This document shows, piece after piece, positions 43,909-51,776 of a stretch of DNA of 64,000 nt. The stretch covers positions 77-64,076 of the forward strand of contig JBBRDJ010000004.1 of assembly GCA_038203945.1 (NCBI GenBank), read 5' to 3'. Position 1 is the first letter of the stretch, and every line of letters begins with the position of its first letter. Origin of the DNA: Gemmatimonadales bacterium (GTDB lineage Bacteria; Gemmatimonadota; Gemmatimonadetes; Gemmatimonadales; Gemmatimonadaceae). The notes below the pieces were generated by a model that did no database searches, was not told the origin of the DNA, and was given only the letters and a program-made list of their open reading frames with translations. A program made the position numbers and the translations under genes.

Positions 43909-44177
43909 GAGCTGCCATACTTCTGCTTATGCTCCGCGACCCGAGCCGTGACATCAGAACGAATGTCTCGCCAGAACTCAGAGGTTGCTGCGATGGGTTC
44001 GCCGGAGCTCAAGCCATCCAACAGTAACTGCGAGAGGCGATTTTGGGCCTTGGTTTCCTGCGCAACCCTGACAAGACTGCGGATGTACTCGCTAACGCTG
44101 CTGTAGTTGCCGTTGGACACCTCGGCTTCCACAAACTCCTTCATGGGGTCAGGGAGTGAAATATTCATGGTAGGCAT
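43905..44177 (-). CDS. parD: Type II antitoxin, ParD (RHH/CopG-like) family
   Basis: MNISLPDPMKEFVEAEVSNGNYSSVSEYIRSLVR is a typical ParD N-terminal RHH. It lies upstream of, and overlaps, the toxin gene. An alternative ATG is at 44168. Confidence 0.82.
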   Translation of the reverse strand: MPTMNISLPDPMKEFVEAEVSNGNYSSVSEYIRSLVRVAQETKAQNRLSQLLLDGLSSGEPIAATSEFWRDIRSDVTARVAEHKQKYGSS

Positions 44178-44363
44178 CGACGTTTACCTCGACGAGAGAG
44201 CGCATGATGTTGGCATTCGATACTAGATTATGTCAATATATGCCATTTTACGCCAAAACCAAGCGACTGAGCCGCATGGACGCGTTCTCTGCCGTATGAG
44301 CCAGCCAGGCGCTAAACCGCTGCGCATCACCGTTGATTCGGTCAAACATCAACTTGTTTCGCC

Positions 44364-45467
44364 GTGACCGCCGCGCCCACGGCGGGGCGCGCGTTTCCCT
44401 GCACGAACTGTGGCGCCTCGCTGCAGTTCGCGCCGGGCGTTGGACGGCTGTCGTGCGCCACTTGCGGCACGGTCAATGATCTGCCCGTGCTCGACGACGC
44501 CTCGCTGGCGACTGCGCATGAAGAGCTCGACTTTCGCGAAGCCCTCGCGCGTCAGGCCGGCCAGGAACCGGCCATCACGCAACAGATTGTTGACTGTCCG
44601 CAGTGTGGCGCACAAACGGTGTTTGATCAACATGTGGTGGCGTCGCATTGCGCGTTCTGCGCGTCACCAATGGTGTCGGTACAAGCGCACGCGGAACGGC
44701 AGATCAAGCCGCGCGGTGTGGTGCCCTTTACACTTGAGCCCACCAAGGCACAGGATCTGTTTCGCTCGTGGATTGCGGGCCGCTGGTTTGCGCCCAACGC
44801 ACTCAAGCAAACCGTAAAGCAGGCGCAAGGCGTGCGTGGTGTGTACGTGCCGTGCTGGACATTCGACGCCGAGACAACAAGCGACTATACCGGACAGCGC
44901 GGGATCAATCGCACCGTCACCACCATGCGCCGCAATGCTGAAGGGCGCATGGTGCCGGTGACACATATCGAAACCGACTGGTATCACGCATCCGGTCGCG
45001 TGTTTGTACAGTTCGACGATGAGCTCGTGCTCGCGTCGCACAGCATCCCCAAGCACCTGGCCAACGTGCTCGAGGGGTGGGACACCTCACGCCTGGTGCC
45101 CGCGTCGGATGACTACGTGGCCGGCTTTACGGTGGAAGCGTATCAGGTGGGGTTGGAAGACGCGTTCACTGAAGCCAAGGAGCGCTTTGCCCGCGCCATT
45201 GACGGCGCCGTGCGTTCAGATATTGGCGGACATCAGCAGCGCGTGCACAGTGTAAGCACGCGCTACGGTGCCATTCACTTCAAGCACCTGTTGCTGCCGG
45301 TATGGATTGCGTCGTACAAGTTCCGCGAAAAATCGTTTCGCGTGGTGGTAAACGGGCAGACCGGCCGAGTGCAGGGCGACCGCCCGTGGTCGGCGTGGAA
45401 GATTGCGGGCGCGGTGCTGGTGGCGATTGGTCTGGCAGTGATTGTGGCGGCGGTGATGCAGCGGTGA
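44364..45467 (+). CDS. Double zinc-ribbon protein with C-terminal transmembrane anchor (function unknown)
   Basis: CTNCGASL..CATCG and CPQCGAQ..CAFCAS (two CxxC-x-CxxC ribbons), a roughly 230-aa central domain, and the terminal TM segment WKIAGAVLVAIGLAVIVAAV. GTG start. Confidence 0.7.
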   Translation: MTAAPTAGRAFPCTNCGASLQFAPGVGRLSCATCGTVNDLPVLDDASLATAHEELDFREALARQAGQEPAITQQIVDCPQCGAQTVFDQHVVASHCAFCASPMVSVQAHAERQIKPRGVVPFTLEPTKAQDLFRSWIAGRWFAPNALKQTVKQAQGVRGVYVPCWTFDAETTSDYTGQRGINRTVTTMRRNAEGRMVPVTHIETDWYHASGRVFVQFDDELVLASHSIPKHLANVLEGWDTSRLVPASDDYVAGFTVEAYQVGLEDAFTEAKERFARAIDGAVRSDIGGHQQRVHSVSTRYGAIHFKHLLLPVWIASYKFREKSFRVVVNGQTGRVQGDRPWSAWKIAGAVLVAIGLAVIVAAVMQR

Positions 45468-45534
45468 GGCAGCGGTAGCTCGCTAACGTGCGAAGTTGGT
45501 GCTCCGAAGCGAACAGACGAGCGTGGCGCCGATG

Positions 45535-46242
45535 TTACGCCGTGTACGCCGCAACCACCGTACATCCCGAGTTGTAGGCAAACGGGCGCCATACAGCCGG
45601 CATGGGATTTCCCGGCGTGCGCACCATCACAATCTTGAGCTGTCCCGCCGGAATTTCGCTGATGGACGACCCCGGATAGTTTGGGGCGGATCGCGCCGGG
45701 AAATCATTCAGCAGATATTGGGTGCAGCGTGCCGACGTGCGTGACGGCGCCACGGGCACACCCGGCAGCAGGTTGAGCATGTCGCCGACAAACGAAAACT
45801 TGCCCGCCTCCAGGTCTTTGGGCAGCAGCACATTCACCGGATCGGCCACGTTCATAGCGCGGTCGTAGAGCACAAGATCGCGACGCCAGTTGGCATCTAC
45901 TGCAGGCTGCACTGTGGAATCCTCCACTGGAAACAGCGCGAAGTCGAATGACCCGGTGGGCGGCTCGCGTAGCAATCGTGCCTCTGGCACAAATCCCGAC
46001 TGCCTCACGGCCACCGAGAACATTTTAGGTGAGACCTCCGGAATGCGATATTGCCCGTTCACGTCGGTTATAACACTGACCGTGCTTTCTGACCCGTCGC
46101 GCACTGTAACGTTGACGCCGGCGATTGGGCGGCCCGTGTCGTCTACGATCATGCCGTACAGGCCACTCGACACTTGTGCGGGCAGCGCACTGGCCAGCAT
46201 CGTCGCCAGCACGGCCAGCATGTACGCGAGGCCGCGCGCCAT
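45535..46242 (-). CDS. Secreted CarboxypepD_reg domain protein with plug-like C-terminal domain (paralog of 49678-50409)
   Basis: Signal MARGLAYMLAVLATMLASALPAQ, the fold motif GLYGMIVDDTGRPIAGVNVTVRDG..TDVNGQYRIPEV, and a C-terminal region with 2 Cys. The start could also be 46311 or 46368. Confidence 0.7.
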   Translation of the reverse strand: MARGLAYMLAVLATMLASALPAQVSSGLYGMIVDDTGRPIAGVNVTVRDGSESTVSVITDVNGQYRIPEVSPKMFSVAVRQSGFVPEARLLREPPTGSFDFALFPVEDSTVQPAVDANWRRDLVLYDRAMNVADPVNVLLPKDLEAGKFSFVGDMLNLLPGVPVAPSRTSARCTQYLLNDFPARSAPNYPGSSISEIPAGQLKIVMVRTPGNPMPAVWRPFAYNSGCTVVAAYTA

Positions 46243-46553
46243 GAGCGCTGAATGATCTGGAAGGTTCCGTGCGGCGCATGGGACACGTGCACCAGGGTTT
46301 CTCGATTGCATAGCCACCTCTTGGCGCGGGTAAACGCTGTGGTAATCGACGCGAATGCTGTTGACCACCGACCATGCGAGCAGCGATCAACGACATGTTT
46401 TTCATACCCGCCGAGCAATCACCGGATCCGGGGGTGGGCGTTCTGACCAGCTGGTGTTCGGTTTACGTGACGGAGCGTGTGGCGTCGTGCCTGTGCTGCT
46501 TTGCGCGCCAATGCACCGGGTCGCCCTGATCGCCACCAATAGCAAACGATGCG

Positions 46554-47120
46554 TCACCGCACCCTGATCCCAACACCAAACGTTTGCGTGCGCGCGCGCT
46601 CGCCAAACAGATCGGGCATCAGCAGAAGCTGCAGCCACCCAACCGCGGCAACGCGGCCCCACGAGGCGCTCGCCAGATCAACCCGGCTCTGCACGCCAAA
46701 CACGTTGCTCTGCTCCATGCGTACCAGCGCGGGCCCGAGCAACACACGCAGCGAGGGTCCGCGTTGTCCACGCTGCACGCCCCATCCGCCTGACAGCGCG
46801 AGCACGCTCAAATCGGGAAAGTCCTGCGCACAACCGCCATCGGGCCGGAGCACGCAATCGGCTGTTGTCGCAAAGGATGTTTGCACGCTCGCACTAAACG
46901 CGGTGACCAGTGCGCCGCGCGAGCGTGAATCAACGTGCCAGGCAAGCAGCGCGGAGGCCGCAAGGCCGCTGTTTGATTTGGACGGTCCGACTCGGCGGCC
47001 CGATCCAGCACCGACACTCAGATCCATCACGAGCGGCCGCACCGGGGGCTGCGCGGAGGCGGGACGCACCATGACAATGTATAAACAGACATGCACAACT
47101 GCGTGTGCGATGCGATACAT
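46554..47120 (-). CDS. Hypothetical secreted protein, beta-rich (possible small outer-membrane barrel)
   Basis: Trimmed to MYRIAHAVVHVCLYIVMVRPASAQ (signal with an ASA-Q site). It shows alternating hydrophobic patterns and has no recognisable motif. The mirror plus-strand ORF looks non-coding. Confidence 0.5.
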   Translation of the reverse strand: MYRIAHAVVHVCLYIVMVRPASAQPPVRPLVMDLSVGAGSGRRVGPSKSNSGLAASALLAWHVDSRSRGALVTAFSASVQTSFATTADCVLRPDGGCAQDFPDLSVLALSGGWGVQRGQRGPSLRVLLGPALVRMEQSNVFGVQSRVDLASASWGRVAAVGWLQLLLMPDLFGERARTQTFGVGIRVR

Positions 47121-47178
47121 GAAACCTGCGCGCGCGGCGGATGGGAACGTGCTTTGGTGTGTACCGATGACCGGAAAA

Positions 47179-48039
47179 CTACGCGCCGGAAACCCCTGAC
47201 GCACGGCCAGGCGTGCGAAGCATCCACACTCCCCACAATATCATGCCAATAGCCCCCGCCTGCATCAAGTGCACGTACGCGATCCGCGCGGCATTGGGCG
47301 CGGCGACAGTGGAAATCGCGAACAACAGCGCACCGCTCACGATTCGCAGCCACGCGAGACGGCGGCGTGGTAGCCGATTCACCATAAACGCCGCAGGAGC
47401 GAGCGCGAGTACGAGCACGAACGGAAGCAGTGCGATTGTGAAGCACTTCTTGGCGAAAACAGAAAAGCCAGCCCCGAATCCAGCAGGATCGAGCATGGGC
47501 AACCGATGCGTGTCGGACTTCGATTCGCGAAGTGTCACAACTGCTGCGCGGAGCTTGGCGCGCGCTCGTCGCAGCCGTCCCTCCACTGCCCGATTGGACA
47601 CGCTGAGCGAGGTCGCGAGATCTGCCGTGTGCACTCGGTCTATGTAAAAGCGGGTCAGAAGCTCCGCGTCGGCACGCGGCAGCCGCGACATGGCGCAATG
47701 AAGTTCGGCGTCCCGATCAGATGCTTCCAACGCGCCAACAATATCCGCTGCGCGTGAGTTGTCAGGAATCGCGTCAAGCAACTCCGCGTTGACCTCGCCC
47801 GCGCGGCGGCGCTGACGCAGTGCGTTCAGCAACAGGTTGTGCGCCACCACCGTCAACCAGGCGGTGGGGGCGGCCGGCACCCCCAACGCGCGCCAGTTCC
47901 GCACGGCACGCAGCCAGGTGTCCTGTAGAATATCGTCGGCGAGATCGTCGTCCCCGTGTACGCTTCGCATGAGGCGTGACCGAAGCGGCCCGCTCGTGCG
48001 TGCATAAACCTCGGGGATCTGTTCGTCGGCGTTCTTCAC
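47179..48039 (-). CDS. ECF sigma factor fused to a C-terminal three-helix transmembrane domain
   Basis: Region 2 (DDILQDTWLRAVRNW..AWLTVVAHNLLLNALRQRRR) and region 4 (LPRADAELLTRFYIDRVHTADLATSLSVSNRAVEGRLRRARAKL). About 110 further aa contain three hydrophobic helices (CFTIALLPFVLVLALAPAAFMV, LRIVSGALLFAISTVAA, MQAGAIGMILWGVWML). GTG start. Confidence 0.8.
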   Translation of the reverse strand: MKNADEQIPEVYARTSGPLRSRLMRSVHGDDDLADDILQDTWLRAVRNWRALGVPAAPTAWLTVVAHNLLLNALRQRRRAGEVNAELLDAIPDNSRAADIVGALEASDRDAELHCAMSRLPRADAELLTRFYIDRVHTADLATSLSVSNRAVEGRLRRARAKLRAAVVTLRESKSDTHRLPMLDPAGFGAGFSVFAKKCFTIALLPFVLVLALAPAAFMVNRLPRRRLAWLRIVSGALLFAISTVAAPNAARIAYVHLMQAGAIGMILWGVWMLRTPGRASGVSGA

Positions 48040-48050
48040 GGTTGCGTTGG

Positions 48051-48076
48051 CCAGAGTGTAGAAAGTCAGTCGTTCC
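48051..48076 (-). promoter_or_regulatory. Candidate ECF-type promoter (GGAAC-N16-TCTGG) upstream of the fused sigma gene
   Basis: The minus strand reads GGAACgactgactttctacacTCTGG, ending 11 nt before the GTG start. This resembles the AAC / TCTGA-like architecture of ECF promoters. Confidence 0.3.
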
Positions 48077-48181
48077 TACAATAGACACCCCAGCCGGTCA
48101 TACCCCACGCGCAACACGCGATTTACGCGCGCCATCGCGCCGAGCCTACGCCACGTGCCGCTGCGCAGGCTCGGCTCATGC

Positions 48182-49399
48182 TCACGCCATCTTCGCCTGC
48201 AACCGGCGATCGAGCGTATCCAGAAAATCTTCCGTGTTCAGATACGGCGCCGAACGGCTGATCAAGAGCGACAGATCCTTGGTCATCTCGCCCGCTTCCA
48301 CCGCTTCAATGCACACGGCCTCCAACGCTTCGGCGAACTTTACCACATCGGGTGTGCTGTCGAGCCGACCACGATGCGCCAAACCGCGCGTCCACGCAAA
48401 GATCGACGCAATGGGGTTGGTTGACGTCTTGTTGCCCTTCTGATGTTCGCGGTAGTGACGCGTCACGGTGCCGTGCGCCGCCTCGGCTTCCATGGTGCGA
48501 CCGTCGGGCGTGAGCAGCACACTGGTCATGAGGCCGAGTGATCCGAAACCCTGCGCCACGATATCCGACTGTACATCGCCGTCGTAGTTTTTGCACGCCC
48601 ACACGTAACCGCCTTCCCACTTGAGTGCGGCCGCCACCATGTCGTCAATCAGGCGATGCTCGTACGTGAGACCCTGGGCGTCGAACTGTGCCTTGAACTC
48701 GCTCTCGAACACCTGTTCAAACAGATCCTTGAACGCCCCGTCGTAGGCCTTGAGAATGGTGTTCTTGGTGCTCAGATACACCGGCATGTTGCGCTGCAGG
48801 CCGTAGCGGAAACTGGCCCGCGCGAAATCGCGAATTGAATCGTTGTAGTTGTACATGCCCATGGCCACGCCACCGTCAGCGCCAAACTTTGCCACTTCAA
48901 ACTCCATCGGTGCGCTGCCATCGTCGGGGGTGTAGGTGATGGTGAGCGTGCCCGGTCCGTTTACCTTGAAGTCGGTGGCCTTGTACTGGTCGCCATGGGC
49001 ATGACGGCCCACCACAATGGGCTTGGTCCATCCCGGAACAAGCTTGGGAATGTTGGACATGATGATTGGCTCGCGGAAAATCACGCCGCCCAGGATGTTG
49101 CGAATGGTGCCGTTGGGACTGCGCCACATTTTCTTGAGGCCGAACTCCTTTACGCGCGCTTCATCAGGCGTAATGGTGGCGCACTTGACGGCCACGCCAT
49201 GTTTTTTGGTGGCTTCAGCGGAGTCGATCGTGACCTGATCGTTGGTGGCGTCGCGGTGCTCGATGCTCAGGTCGTAGTACTCGAGCTCAACATCGAGATA
49301 CGGCAGCACCAGTTTGTCTTTGATGAACGCCCAGATAATGCGCGTCATCTCGTCGCCGTCCATTTCAACGACGGGGTTTACAACTTTGATCTTGGCCAT
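48182..49399 (-). CDS. icd: NADP-dependent isocitrate dehydrogenase (eukaryote-like homodimeric type)
   Basis: [54 protein letters not shown]..; 405 aa. Confidence 0.95.
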   Translation of the reverse strand: MAKIKVVNPVVEMDGDEMTRIIWAFIKDKLVLPYLDVELEYYDLSIEHRDATNDQVTIDSAEATKKHGVAVKCATITPDEARVKEFGLKKMWRSPNGTIRNILGGVIFREPIIMSNIPKLVPGWTKPIVVGRHAHGDQYKATDFKVNGPGTLTITYTPDDGSAPMEFEVAKFGADGGVAMGMYNYNDSIRDFARASFRYGLQRNMPVYLSTKNTILKAYDGAFKDLFEQVFESEFKAQFDAQGLTYEHRLIDDMVAAALKWEGGYVWACKNYDGDVQSDIVAQGFGSLGLMTSVLLTPDGRTMEAEAAHGTVTRHYREHQKGNKTSTNPIASIFAWTRGLAHRGRLDSTPDVVKFAEALEAVCIEAVEAGEMTKDLSLLISRSAPYLNTEDFLDTLDRRLQAKMA

Positions 49400-49677
49400 G
49401 ATTGAGCGCTGGGATGGCCGCGGCGTCTGGCCACGGGTGGGGCGCGCATGTCGGACACCATGTGGCGAACGACGGACGCGCTTCGATCACCGGAAGATGC
49501 ACCCACGATTGAAGCGGTGCCACCACTCAGAGCATTTCCGCAGTTCGACGACAACCGGCTCAGGCGTCAGTCGCGGAAGCGGTGTGCAAGACCCGCAATA
49601 GAAATTTCCCAGTGCGCTACCTGGGTTCAACGACTGCCGTTGCGCGGCAGCCAGAGGCGTTGAGATCCTCACCAACG

Positions 49678-50409
49678 CTACATCGTAATAATCACAATCG
49701 TCCCACACGACGAATCGGCCCGCATGTTCTGATACTGCGGCGGCACGCCGGCCAGCCCACGGTACGCGATCACAAGCTTGATGAAGTCCGGTGCGATGTC
49801 GTTGATGTTGTAGCCCGGCACATACATGCCATCAATAAACAGCGCCGGCGAACAGCCGCTCCGCGTGCCCTGAATGCGCGCTCTGGAACCGTTGCCGATT
49901 ACCCGGAAGCCAGCCAGGTTCTGGATCAGATCGGTGGTGAAGACCGGCCGACGACGGGCAATGTCATCTTCAGTAATCACGGTGCCAAAGCGTGCCGCTT
50001 CCACCGCAAACTCGTAGCGCCGCAGATCACGCTCGTATTGCGCGTCGGCACGCGCCTGCACCTTCACGGTGTCGAGTTCGGGTGAAATACGTTCAATCAT
50101 CACGTCCACCGTATCATTGCCGCTGAAGCGCAGCATGTCAGATGCCGGACGATAGCCAATGCGCCGCACCCCGAAGTAAAACAGCCCCGTATGCACGCCG
50201 CGCACACGAAACCAGCCGTCATTGTCACTCTCTGCGGTGGCCTCCAAGCCCCCCACGCGCACTTCCGCGCCGGGCACTGGCACACCGGCTTGATCCAAGA
50301 CCCGTCCCACCAGCACGCCGCCTTGCGCCGACCCCGCCAGAGGCGCCGTCAGGCACGCGGCCGCAGCGACGATGCACACAAAATGGGTCAGGCGAGAAAC
50401 GTGGTTCAT
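49678..50409 (-). CDS. Secreted CarboxypepD_reg domain protein with plug-like C-terminal domain
   Basis: Signal peptide, GVLVGRVLDQAGVPVPGAEVRVGG..SDNDGWFRVRGV, then ..TEDDIARRRPVFTTDLIQNLAGFRV.. (TonB-plug-like). Two conserved Cys. Confidence 0.75.
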   Translation of the reverse strand: MNHVSRLTHFVCIVAAAACLTAPLAGSAQGGVLVGRVLDQAGVPVPGAEVRVGGLEATAESDNDGWFRVRGVHTGLFYFGVRRIGYRPASDMLRFSGNDTVDVMIERISPELDTVKVQARADAQYERDLRRYEFAVEAARFGTVITEDDIARRRPVFTTDLIQNLAGFRVIGNGSRARIQGTRSGCSPALFIDGMYVPGYNINDIAPDFIKLVIAYRGLAGVPPQYQNMRADSSCGTIVIITM

Positions 50410-50557
50410 GATGCGCCTCCGAATGCTGGGATCGCGGGGCCTCGCTCAAATGAGTCGAGCCTGCGCGCTGGGATGTTCTACCCCCAGGCGGCGGTGCGGT
50501 GCCGGCTCGGCGACGGCATCATGTCGGCCCTGAGCCGTCATATGCCTTTGCAATTCG

Positions 50558-50563
50558 TATAAT
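50558..50563 (+). promoter_or_regulatory. Consensus -10 hexamer TATAAT upstream of oxyR
   Basis: TATAAT at 50558-50563 is 30 nt before the oxyR ATG, in a locally AT-rich stretch. No good -35 was seen. Confidence 0.35.
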
Positions 50564-50592
50564 CTGACGTGATCCGCTGATATATTTCGCTT

Positions 50593-51621
50593 ATGAGTCT
50601 CTCATACTCCATCACGCAGCTTGAGTACGCCGTCGCGGTGGCGACCCACGGACACTTCGGTCGGGCGGCCGCCGCCTGCAACGTGTCGCAGCCGGCGCTG
50701 TCCATGCAGCTGCGGAAGCTGGAGCAGTCCATTGGCGTGGAGCTCTTTGATCGGTCCCGGCAGCCGGTCGTGCCCACGGCTATCGGGGAGGTGCTGCTCG
50801 AACAGGCCCGCGTGGTGCTGCGCGAGGCGGGGCATTTGGCCGACCTGCGGAACGTGCACGCAGGCGTGGTGGCGGGCGAGCTGCGGGTGGGAGTGATTCC
50901 CACGCTAGCACCCTATCTGCTGCCGCGCTTTTTGCGCTCGCTTACCGCTGATTATCCGGACCTGCGGCTGACCGTAAACGAGCTGCCCACGGATCGCCTG
51001 CTCGAAGCGCTGCGGTCAGACGCGCTCGATCTGGCGATTATTGCCACCGCGCCCGAAACACCGGGCCTGTCCCAGCGCTCGCTCTTTCGTGAGCCATTGT
51101 TTGTGTATGCCCATGTCAAGCATCCCCTGGCCCGTTTGACCTCGGTGCGCGCCGACGAACTCTCGGGCGCAGATGTCTGGTTGCTCTCGGAAGAGCACTG
51201 CCTGCGGGAGCAAACGGTTCGCTTGTGTCAGGATCGCCACGGTTGGGCGGGAGAGGATGCGCGCACTGGCGCGGACACCGGTGAGCATGGCCGATCCAGC
51301 AATGGGGCACCTGCCGCGACACCCGGTGCGGTGAGTTGCGCGCACCTGGTGCGCTTTGAAAGCGGCAATGTGGAAACGCTCCGGCGACTGGTTGAGGGCG
51401 GAGACGGCTTCACATTGCTCCCTCAGCTGGCGCTTCCGCACCCGGTGCCGAAAGAGGCGCGGGTTATTCCGTTTTCTGACCACGGGGCCTTTCGCGAAGT
51501 GCGGGCAGTTCAGCGTCGCGTGGCCCTCAAGCGGCCGCTGGTGGAGGCATTCCTCGGCGCCGTGGCGCAGTCGGTGCAGTCGGAGCTGGGCGCACAGGCG
51601 CTGTCGGCCGCGATTGAGTAG
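50593..51621 (+). CDS. oxyR: LysR family hydrogen-peroxide-sensing regulator OxyR
   Basis: HTH (LEYAVAVATHGHFGRAAAACNVSQPALSMQLRKLE) and redox-Cys context LLSEEHCLREQTVRLCQ, matching E. coli LLEDGHCLRDQAMGFC. About 35 aa of extra Gly/Ala-rich sequence follows the Cys pair. Confidence 0.85.
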   Translation: MSLSYSITQLEYAVAVATHGHFGRAAAACNVSQPALSMQLRKLEQSIGVELFDRSRQPVVPTAIGEVLLEQARVVLREAGHLADLRNVHAGVVAGELRVGVIPTLAPYLLPRFLRSLTADYPDLRLTVNELPTDRLLEALRSDALDLAIIATAPETPGLSQRSLFREPLFVYAHVKHPLARLTSVRADELSGADVWLLSEEHCLREQTVRLCQDRHGWAGEDARTGADTGEHGRSSNGAPAATPGAVSCAHLVRFESGNVETLRRLVEGGDGFTLLPQLALPHPVPKEARVIPFSDHGAFREVRAVQRRVALKRPLVEAFLGAVAQSVQSELGAQALSAAIE

Positions 51622-51776
51622 CTGTCGGAACCCCCGGCCTCACGGTGGGGCACCTTCGGCCGTACCCGACGTTTAAGGTGTTTGCGTGCATGCGACACGT
51701 TCCACAGTACGTTCCAAAGAATGCTGCCGCGCCTCGGGCGCCAGCGTGTGAGCCATGCTGTACGTAACACAACGCC

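Noticed and set aside
46549-47199. A plus-strand 216-aa ORF mirroring the minus-strand hypothetical gene.
   Set aside because: The plus-strand translation is Arg/Ser/Pro/Thr-rich without a signal or any motifs. The minus-strand product has a clean signal peptide (..VRPASA-Q) and sits in an operon with its neighbours.
48140-48174. The hairpin ccgagcct-N19-aggctcgg directly after the icd stop, as an intrinsic terminator.
   Set aside because: The loop is long (19 nt) and no U-tract follows on the minus strand. It may still pause or terminate transcription, but the sequence evidence is too weak to call.
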